Below, in pieces: positions 18,435 through 24,991 of a stretch of 32,000 bases of DNA. Made by a program: the position numbers and the translations under genes. The stretch covers positions 1,980,001-2,012,000 of the forward strand of contig NC_020304.1 of assembly GCF_000341395.1 (NCBI RefSeq). Reading direction: 5' to 3'. The stretch is from Desulfocapsa sulfexigens DSM 10523. Lineage in GTDB: Bacteria; Desulfobacterota; Desulfobulbia; Desulfobulbales; Desulfocapsaceae. The stretch's first letter is position 1. Every line of letters starts with the position of its first letter. Below the pieces are notes generated by a model that worked only from the letters and a program-made list of their open reading frames with translations, searched no databases and was not told where the DNA came from.

Positions 18435-19175
18435 ATGAAATACCTTTTTACTATTCTAGCGGTCGTCGCCTTGAGTTCAGTGGTTACGTTATATTATATT
18501 TGGCCCTCAGGAAGTACAAAGTCTGGAGATACTGCTCTCAGTGTCAATGGGCATATGATCTCACAGAAACAGGTTGATGATCAATCCCGTAAACAGGGCT
18601 ATCATTCTGGAGAAGCAAATGATTCCGTTAATTCTTTTGTGACGAGGCAGCTCTTACTTGATGAGGCGCAACGGCTTGGTATTGACAAGGAGAATGATTT
18701 CCGTAAGGCCCTCAAAGATTATTACGAGCAGTCTCTTATCAAGGTTCTTACGGATCGTAAACTGCAATCAATTACGGTGACTGTTGGTGAAGAAGATATA
18801 GATCGCTATCTCTCCTGTTCCGGAAAAATGTTCACCTTTACCAGGACTCCGGCAGAAAACGGGAAGATCCTGAGCGAACAGGGGCGTCAAAACAGCGTGC
18901 TTTTTGATGATTTGTCCGAATCGCTACGGTTGATACTAGCCAATCTGAAGCCTGGGGAAAATGTTATGCAGTTTGAGACCGGAACCGAGGTCAGTATGAT
19001 TTCTTTAGATAAAGTAGAAGATGCAGATGGTTTTGAACCAGTACCTTATGATCGAAAAAGGGTGGCTGAACTTCTGGTTGATTACAAGAAAGCTGCTGAG
19101 ATCGATAGCTGGATAGCCAGTTTGCGTAAGAAAGCATCCGTCGTTGTATATGGTGAGGAAGCAAAGAATGACTAG
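18435..19175 (+). CDS. Membrane-anchored periplasmic protein, SurA-N-terminal/PPIase-chaperone-like (tentative)
   Basis: It has an N-terminal TM helix. The segment VNGHMISQKQVDD...FVTRQLLLDEAQRLGIDKENDFRKALKDYYEQSLIKVL resembles SurA_N-type chaperone domains. No catalytic motif was recognised. Confidence 0.4.
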   Translation: MKYLFTILAVVALSSVVTLYYIWPSGSTKSGDTALSVNGHMISQKQVDDQSRKQGYHSGEANDSVNSFVTRQLLLDEAQRLGIDKENDFRKALKDYYEQSLIKVLTDRKLQSITVTVGEEDIDRYLSCSGKMFTFTRTPAENGKILSEQGRQNSVLFDDLSESLRLILANLKPGENVMQFETGTEVSMISLDKVEDADGFEPVPYDRKRVAELLVDYKKAAEIDSWIASLRKKASVVVYGEEAKND

Positions 19176-19773
19176 GAATCGTTATAAACGCAGAAATTAT
19201 TTTATTAAAAAGAATTTCCAGGGCAAGCTGATTCTCGGATATTTTCTTTTTATGGTTGTTGGGTGCCTTGTGTTTGCAGTTATTCTTACACTTTTGTCTG
19301 CAGACAGTATGACTATGACCTATCAGAATAATGACCTGCGCCTTGGTCAGACCCCTTTTATACTGATCAAGGAATTAGTGACAGCCCACTGGATTTTCAT
19401 AGTTTTGGGAAGTGCAATTGTGGTGGTCTGTGCGATGTTTATAACCCACAGACTTGCCGGTCCCATGTTTCGTCTTGAGCGAGCTGTTGATAATATGGTG
19501 AGTGGGCAGCTTGATGATGTCGTTTATTTGCGGGAAAAAGATGAAGGTAAGGAACTGGCGGCAAAACTCAATCAGTTCAATAGTCAATTATCTAAAAATA
19601 TAGGGGAAATCAGAAAGCGATCTAAAAATATTGACGATCTTCTGGCACAATATTCTTCCATCGAACAATCGGAAACAACTGCTGAAGATTGTGCTTCTAT
19701 TCAGAGTTCCATTGCCCGGCAAAATAAGATTATCCGGGAGATTGTCGTGACATACCAAATTCTTGATGAGTAA
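19168..19773 (+). CDS. Small membrane protein with a HAMP-like linker domain
   Basis: A GAGGAAG RBS precedes the ATG at 19168, which overlaps the upstream stop by 8 nt. It has two TM segments, then ITHRLAGPMFRLERAVDNMVSGQLDDVVYLREKDEGKELAAKLNQF (HAMP-like) and a coiled-coil tail. Confidence 0.55.
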   Translation: MTRNRYKRRNYFIKKNFQGKLILGYFLFMVVGCLVFAVILTLLSADSMTMTYQNNDLRLGQTPFILIKELVTAHWIFIVLGSAIVVVCAMFITHRLAGPMFRLERAVDNMVSGQLDDVVYLREKDEGKELAAKLNQFNSQLSKNIGEIRKRSKNIDDLLAQYSSIEQSETTAEDCASIQSSIARQNKIIREIVVTYQILDE

Positions 19774-20302
19774 AATACAGCTTTCAGTTCTCGTGCTTTT
19801 ACTCTGGCTGCCCGGTGCAGTTAATACTGTTCTGGCAGGGGAGCACAAAAGCCGATACGCAACCCTTACATACACTAATAACGAGGTGTTGCGGGAATTT
19901 AATGATAATATGCGTTTGAATAAGAAACTGAATTATTCAATGCGAAAGAACAATGTCGTTACTATGGCCGACGAGGTTCTGGCCAAGGCAGATATTATTA
20001 TTGAGAAGGTCCAGGTTGTGCTCGATATGTTTCCCGGAAAATACCATGTTCGTCTCGTTGTTGTTGGGGATTCCGGTGATGTCGCTCGTATTTACAAACA
20101 AAAATACGGTAAACGGGTGAGTCATATAGCCTATTATTCGCTCTCCGAAAAAACAATTTATATTTCAGCAGAGGATGCCAGCCTTCGGGTTCTCGCTCAT
20201 GAAGTTGGTCATTCCATTGTCGATCACTACTTTAAAGTCCGTCCACCCTATAACATTCATGAATTGATGGCTCAATTTGCTGAAAAGCATGTTACGGATT
20301 AG
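19766..20302 (+). CDS. Secreted HExxH zinc-metallopeptidase-like protein
   Basis: It has a signal peptide (MSKIQLSVLVLLLWLPGAVNTVLAG). LAHEVGHSIV is followed 17 aa later by HELMAQ, a gluzincin-like arrangement. Its ATG overlaps the upstream stop (ATGAGTAA). Confidence 0.5.
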   Translation: MSKIQLSVLVLLLWLPGAVNTVLAGEHKSRYATLTYTNNEVLREFNDNMRLNKKLNYSMRKNNVVTMADEVLAKADIIIEKVQVVLDMFPGKYHVRLVVVGDSGDVARIYKQKYGKRVSHIAYYSLSEKTIYISAEDASLRVLAHEVGHSIVDHYFKVRPPYNIHELMAQFAEKHVTD

Positions 20303-20345
20303 AAAGCTCAGCTTTTTTCCGTCATTCCCGCACAGGTGAGAATTT

Positions 20346-21809
20346 TCATGGCTTGGATTTTTTTAATGTATTGGTGAATAGGTTTAATACGGATTTCTGC
20401 TCCGCTGTAAGATCCTTGAATTTGAATCCATGGATGTGCTTTTCATCCTGTGTTGCAATCCACAGATGCTCAATGGTAAATTCCAATGGTGGAATGTTTG
20501 CGGAATCCTGGTTCTCAAAGTTGATTTTGGTGAAAAATGTCGATTCCAGCGTTGTCAGTTGCGGGATTGAGGCCATAAAGCCGCTTTTGGATATATTGGT
20601 TATCGTTCCATCCAGGTATCTGTCCTTTTCGGTGGTGTAATACCGGGCGGGAATAGAGACAGCATGCCTTGTATCACTGCGTATAATGTTAAAAATGTCA
20701 AGAGACTGACATATGAACTTGAGAGCTTTACAGGGAGCACCGCAGGAATCACGTTTTCTGCGGAATCTGCAACTGTAGCGCAGCAGATCCAGGATAAAGA
20801 ATGACGAAATAAAATAAAAGATCAGGTAGATTGCAAAAAACAGGAAGAGAGTGGAGTCGGTCAAATTATAAATTCGTCCCACAATACTGATGCTGCCAAG
20901 AAGGATACTGAGACCGATAATAATTTTTACGGTGTTTTCGCGGCTGAATCCATAGCGCATGAAAATATGATGTAAATGTTTTTTGTCAGCATGAAACGGA
21001 CTGGTTCCCTGGAGGATCCTCTTTGTCATCACTGTCAGCGTGTCGGCAATGGGAATACTGAGAATTAACAGGGCAGATATGGGAGACATGCAGGCATTGT
21101 CGCCCTGCGTCATTCCAAGTGACATAAAGGCAAGGGCAAATCCCAGTGACAGACTTCCGGCATCGCCCATAAAGAGCTTGGCCGGATGCCAGTTAAAACG
21201 AAGAAATCCCAATAGAGCACCTGCAAAAGCCAGGTTCAGAAGTAAAAATGTCTGATTTTGGGCAAGAGAGGCGTGAGCGGCAAATAACAAAAACGCAACA
21301 AAGCCAATCCCGCCGGCCAAGCCATCCAGCCCGTCAATAAGGTTGATGGCATTGATGACCCCTAGAAGACAAAAAATAGATATAAGAACAGACAGCCAGT
21401 ATCCCGGAATAATAATATCTCCCAGCCCGAGAAGATTGCCGAAGGAAACCAACCTGATATTACTAAAATAAATGAGGAGGGCGACAGCAAGGATCTGGCC
21501 CATGAATTTCTGACGATGTCCCAACTCTTTCAAATCGTCGAGAAACCCGATAAACAGCATCACCGTTAATCCCGCAAAAAAACCCCTTAGGCCGGTTGCC
21601 GGCATAATAAGTGCCGCTGCAAAACAGGCGGAAATGACAAAACCAAGACCACCCACGAGGGGTTTTGGGTCCACGTGTACCTTCCGTTCACTGGGCCAGT
21701 CGAGCAAATTTATCTTTTTGGCTATGTTTGCAAGCTTGGGCAGTATGAACATAGTCACGAAAAGTGCTATTAAAAAAATAAGTATGGGGCGGACATCCGA
21801 GTGAATCAT
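20346..21809 (-). CDS. WecA/MraY-family (GT4) polyprenyl-phosphate sugar-1-phosphate transferase fused to a C-terminal PilZ domain
   Basis: The N-terminal ~340 aa are polytopic with LDDLKELG, INLIDGLDGLA and MGDAGSLSLGF. The C-terminal ~110 aa carry the two PilZ c-di-GMP motifs: RSDTR (RxxxR, aa 377-381) and NISKSG ([D/N]xSxxG). Confidence 0.85.
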   Translation of the reverse strand: MIHSDVRPILIFLIALFVTMFILPKLANIAKKINLLDWPSERKVHVDPKPLVGGLGFVISACFAAALIMPATGLRGFFAGLTVMLFIGFLDDLKELGHRQKFMGQILAVALLIYFSNIRLVSFGNLLGLGDIIIPGYWLSVLISIFCLLGVINAINLIDGLDGLAGGIGFVAFLLFAAHASLAQNQTFLLLNLAFAGALLGFLRFNWHPAKLFMGDAGSLSLGFALAFMSLGMTQGDNACMSPISALLILSIPIADTLTVMTKRILQGTSPFHADKKHLHHIFMRYGFSRENTVKIIIGLSILLGSISIVGRIYNLTDSTLFLFFAIYLIFYFISSFFILDLLRYSCRFRRKRDSCGAPCKALKFICQSLDIFNIIRSDTRHAVSIPARYYTTEKDRYLDGTITNISKSGFMASIPQLTTLESTFFTKINFENQDSANIPPLEFTIEHLWIATQDEKHIHGFKFKDLTAEQKSVLNLFTNTLKKSKP

Positions 21810-22165
21810 AATTTCACAACATCACCATCAGGGAGCAGAATTGCTTGTGGAGAACGTGTCACTTCGATAATGTAAATGTATCAAAGATACGGGTAAAAGA
21901 ATACAGACTTGCCATCTTTTTACCAAAAATATTTCAGGAAAATTCTTAAGGCAAGGAGAGCATCCTAAAGGACATGTGCTGAGAAGTAAATAGGTAGAAA
22001 TACTGGTTTATCGTTTTTTCTTTGGGTTGAGACCTGTAACAACTCAAAGCTGCCCTGTATGTTGCAACCAGGGAGAGCGGGGTAAGCAGCAGCTTAAGCA
22101 TTACTTTCTAACTGAGGAGGAGCTCAAGAGAGCCTTCAGAGTTTTAATGATTTGCGGGGTGTCAA

Positions 22166-22414
22166 TTACGGCTGCATCTGTGACTCTTCCAGGTATTTCT
22201 TGTAGCCGTTTTGAGAAATATCAGAGTCTTTTACGACACCCTTAAGGGACTGAACAGTTGGAGTGACCTGGTAGTTCTTTTTTAATTTTCCGTTTTTAAT
22301 AATTACGAAAAAGTCTGAGAAAATCTTTGAGACTTATTTACCCGTTTTAGCAGAATATTCTTTTGCAGATTCGATCAGGTGGTCATCAAGTCGTAATGTG
22401 AGTTTTATGTTCAT
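22166..22414 (-). pseudogene. DUF6364-like (ribbon-helix-helix-type) antitoxin gene interrupted by one in-frame TAA
   Basis: A GGAGGG RBS precedes the ATG at 22414. My translation is MNIKLTLRLDDHLIESAKEYSAKTGK*VSKIFSDFFVIIKNGKLKKNYQVTPTVQSLKGVVKDSDISQNGYKKYLEESQMQP*. The premature TAA is at 22334-22336, and family-like sequence continues in the same frame. Confidence 0.55.
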
Positions 22415-22450
22415 TTCACCCTCCGGTTCTGTGTGACGGATTGTTTTAAG

Positions 22451-22478
22451 AGACTATAAGGAAATGTCAATTTGTCAA
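22451..22478 (-). promoter_or_regulatory. Putative promoter of the DUF6364-like gene
   Basis: On the minus strand: TTGACA (22478-22473), a 16-nt spacer, then TAGTCT (22456-22451). TTGACA is directly repeated (TTGACAAATTGACA). Confidence 0.35.
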
Positions 22479-22489
22479 GCCTGCCCCTG
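22465..22489. repeat. Left copy of a 25-bp direct repeat bracketing the TA/IR patch
   Basis: TGTCAATTTGTCAAGCCTGCCCCTG matches 23752-23776 at 23 of 25 positions. Confidence 0.8.
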
Positions 22490-22532
22490 ATTCCGAAGAG
22501 TAAATACATCGAGAAGAGAATTGGCATCAACC

Positions 22533-23009
22533 TTATAACAACGGAAGCATCAATGTGTTGGAGACGATATTGTTGTTCGTAAAGCCGTGTTTACGATAAA
22601 AGGCTTCTGCCTTATCATTAAGAACATGGACGATAATAACACGGACACCGACCTGTTCGGAAACGTTAATTGCTCGGGCAAGAGCATCTTTTAACAAACC
22701 TCGGCCAATATTCTGCCCCTGCCAGTTACAATCAACCGCCAAGCGACCAAGCACTAGAGCAGGGATAGGATCAGGCATATTCTTTTTTATGCGGTTTGTC
22801 GCTTCAGCACGAGCAACGCTTCCAGCAGCTAGAGCATAGTACCCTATCACCTGATTTTTAAAACAAACCACATACGTGCGTGACCCGCCACTCTGTTCGT
22901 TTTTCAATGCCCGGTGGATAAGCCATTCGTTGAGTGAAACTGTTCCACAATCAAAACCACTTAATAGGTGATTCGCTGTCAATTGTTCAGGAGCGCTTAT
23001 TTTTCCCAC
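22533..23009 (-). CDS. GNAT-family acetyltransferase toxin (TacT/KacT/ItaT-like)
   Basis: 158 aa. It has the DUF1778-partnered GNAT toxin hallmarks FDCGTVSLNEWLIHRALKNEQSGGSRTYVV and NWQGQNIGRGLL. It overlaps the antitoxin gene by 13 nt. Confidence 0.85.
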   Translation of the reverse strand: MGKISAPEQLTANHLLSGFDCGTVSLNEWLIHRALKNEQSGGSRTYVVCFKNQVIGYYALAAGSVARAEATNRIKKNMPDPIPALVLGRLAVDCNWQGQNIGRGLLKDALARAINVSEQVGVRVIIVHVLNDKAEAFYRKHGFTNNNIVSNTLMLPLL

Positions 23010-23284
23010 GGTGCTTTTGATAACAGTAGCTTACGGATAGCTTTGTTTTCATTAAGTGGCGTTTCTAAAGCTTTCTCAAAATCAGAAAATGCTTTATCAT
23101 CCAAGACAAAATTACGCCGATCACACAAAACTTGCTCAGCCTCACGACATGACGCTTCAAGGATAAAATCGGTCATCTTTTTGTGACTTGCAGCACAAGC
23201 CTGACCAATCAGCTCCCTCTGTTCCGGAAATGCACGGAGACTAATTACAGATGTGCGACGTGCTGTTGTGTTACTTGGTTTCAT
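22997..23284 (-). CDS. DUF1778-family antitoxin (TacA/KacA-like)
   Basis: 95 aa. The sequence ISLRAFPEQRELIGQACAASHKKMTDFILEASCREAEQVLCDRRNFVLDDKAFSDFEKALETP is typical of DUF1778. A GGAG RBS lies upstream. Confidence 0.85.
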   Translation of the reverse strand: MKPSNTTARRTSVISLRAFPEQRELIGQACAASHKKMTDFILEASCREAEQVLCDRRNFVLDDKAFSDFEKALETPLNENKAIRKLLLSKAPWEK

Positions 23285-23302
23285 AACGGTTTCTCCTTTT
23301 CA

Positions 23303-23353
23303 GTACAATATTGCACATACAGGAACCATATATCTCTGTATAGCTATTGTCAA
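23303..23353 (-). promoter_or_regulatory. TA-operon promoter plus near-palindromic operator candidate
   Basis: On the minus strand: TTGACA (23353-23348), a 17-nt spacer, then TATGGT (23330-23325). The near-palindrome GTACAATATTGCAC (23303-23316) has a perfect CAATATTG core and lies between the -10 and the RBS. Confidence 0.45.
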
Positions 23354-23410
23354 TACATGGTGCAGAGTTGTATAAGAGGAAAAAGTGGTGAATTTTTGAA
23401 AAAAGACAAC

Positions 23411-23676
23411 GGGGTCGCATCTTAATTATTAATTGTTGAGCCCCCGTCCGTTGACGAATGTTTAAAGCAATTATCTCGGTATGTTCACCTAAAATCCCGT
23501 ACGAAGAAAATGACAGGGGAAAGCGGTGTCGGCTCGAGCCGCTACTTTGGAATATCTGGAGCTGGCGTAGCTGTCAGGCATGGAATAATCGAAGGAAAAA
23601 TTACAAAGGATCGTAAATTGAGCAGGTAAGTCAATAGGCTCAGGAAGGCAATAACTAATAATTAAGATGCGACCCC
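23411..23676. repeat. 266-bp unit bounded by perfect 21-bp inverted repeats (MITE-like element or long-stem structured RNA)
   Basis: GGGGTCGCATCTTAATTATTA (23411-23431) is the exact reverse complement of 23656-23676. The 224-bp interior holds a GGCTCGAGCC palindrome and no convincing ORF. Confidence 0.6.
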
Positions 23677-23716
23677 AGTCCGTTTTCTTGACACAGTCGT
23701 GTCCTCGGCGAAGATT

Positions 23717-23764
23717 GTTTGTCAGTTTGTCAGTTTGTCAGTTTGTCAGTTTGTCAGTTTGTCA
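23717..23764. repeat. Perfect tandem repeat (GTTTGTCA) x 6
   Basis: Six uninterrupted 8-bp units. On the minus strand they read TTGACAAAC(TGACAAAC)n, a ladder of -35-like boxes. The last unit merges into the right direct-repeat copy. Confidence 0.9.
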
Positions 23765-23776
23765 AGCCTGACCCTG
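23752..23776. repeat. Right copy of the 25-bp direct repeat bracketing the TA/IR patch
   Basis: TGTCAGTTTGTCAAGCCTGACCCTG matches 22465-22489 at 23 of 25 positions. Confidence 0.8.
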
Positions 23777-23818
23777 GGTCTTTTATCAATCAATGGGTAA
23801 AGGTAAAGTTACAAGCAT

Positions 23819-24991
23819 CTATTGAAAAATCTTTTTTACACCTTCCCAACCCAGACGAAAAGGACGGCACACATTGTAGAGGTAGCATAACTTTCCAGGA
23901 AACGTAAATCTGCGGTAGTCTTCAATGGTAGGATTAAACAGCATTGTCAGAATAAGCCGTAACCGTGCCATGTTCGAATCCATGCACTTAAGTTGCCAGG
24001 AAGTGAAACGGCTGTTTTCGCCCTGGATTGTATTGCTCTTTGCAGGATCAAGAAAGATATTCTCCACCGATGTAGCCATATTTAATGCGTGTTGGTCCAG
24101 CCTCAGAATTTCCATGACTTTCTTTGGCATCTCTGTTGCAAAGAGACGTTGTGCTGCAAGCAGCCCTGTCGCAACCATTCTTTTTGCAGACCATTGTTCT
24201 GCAAGAAAAAGGACCAAATTCCAATCCATCTTTTTGTTTTGTGTGACAATTTCATGAACAGAAAACAACCATTCCAGGCGACCCCAGATATGTTTGGAAC
24301 CGTGAATGCAAAGATAGATAAGAAGATCCTCATTGCTTAGTGAAGGAACAGTGTAGTTCAGTAATTGAGCGTCAATCAGGCGATCTTGAAAAACATCCAT
24401 TGTTAACGCGTGTGGCAAACACCGGCCAGATAACTCCCAATGCAATTCCACGATAACGCCGGATTGAGAGTGGATGAAATTCAGATTGTCTTCCGTTTTT
24501 ATAAGGTGCTTCAGCTGTGAATGTGAAAATTGGATTTCAGGGGTATATCCTGATTTATTGAGGATTTCATAGACGGAAGAGACATCATTTATACTTACAA
24601 GGACATCGAGATCACAAAATGGACGAAGAGAGAGGTCGTTATAGAGATTACAGGCAAGTAGCGGGCCTTTGAAAGCGACAGCTGAAATATTATGTTCAGT
24701 AAGTAAGTTGATAAGCTGAATCAACACACCGACTTTACCAAGGTTGGATATGCCAATAGACCGCACGGTTCTTTTAATATCAGCAGCAATATTCTCTGGT
24801 ATCAGTTCCGGGCAACAATTGTTCCATGATGAGTGAATTAATGGTAGAAGTCCGTGGCGTGTGGCGAGTGAAAAAAAATGATTCAGGTCTATACCATCAT
24901 TTATCGCCTCAACAACTTTCTTGCGTAAAGCTGATGGCTCAATTGTTTTCAGGGAATAGAGGATGAGGTGTTGGCAATTATTTTGATTCAT
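23819..24991 (-). CDS. Nucleotidyltransferase family protein (NTP_transf_5-like)
   Basis: 390 aa. The region AVAFKGPLLACNLYNDLSLRPFCDLDVLV and the overall pattern match the 'uncharacterised nucleotidyltransferase' family. It overlaps the wecB 3' end by 14 nt. Confidence 0.65.
   Translation of the reverse strand: MNQNNCQHLILYSLKTIEPSALRKKVVEAINDGIDLNHFFSLATRHGLLPLIHSSWNNCCPELIPENIAADIKRTVRSIGISNLGKVGVLIQLINLLTEHNISAVAFKGPLLACNLYNDLSLRPFCDLDVLVSINDVSSVYEILNKSGYTPEIQFSHSQLKHLIKTEDNLNFIHSQSGVIVELHWELSGRCLPHALTMDVFQDRLIDAQLLNYTVPSLSNEDLLIYLCIHGSKHIWGRLEWLFSVHEIVTQNKKMDWNLVLFLAEQWSAKRMVATGLLAAQRLFATEMPKKVMEILRLDQHALNMATSVENIFLDPAKSNTIQGENSRFTSWQLKCMDSNMARLRLILTMLFNPTIEDYRRFTFPGKLCYLYNVCRPFRLGWEGVKKIFQ

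Noticed and set aside
22027-22245. 72-aa + strand ORF
   Set aside because: It is antisense to the DUF6364-like pseudogene and its downstream spacer, has no RBS, and gives a Cys-rich nonsense-like translation.
23411-23676. Tn3-family-derived miniature element, retron msr/msd, or integron attC
   Set aside because: - **Tn3-derived element:** the arms start with GGGG as in Tn3-type IRs, but they are only 21 bp, lack the terminal TAAG-type end, and have no 5-bp target duplication (ACAAC vs AGTCC).
- **Retron or integron:** there is no reverse transcriptase or integrase nearby, and I found no GTTRRRY/RYYYAAC core sites at the cassette boundaries.
23717-23764. CRISPR array
   Set aside because: The units are 8 bp and directly abutting, with no spacers. 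There are no cas genes in the window.
23719-23907. 62-aa + strand ORF beginning MSVCQFVSLSVCQFV
   Set aside because: It is an artefact of translating the 8-bp tandem repeat, and it runs antisense into the end of the NTP_transf_5 gene.
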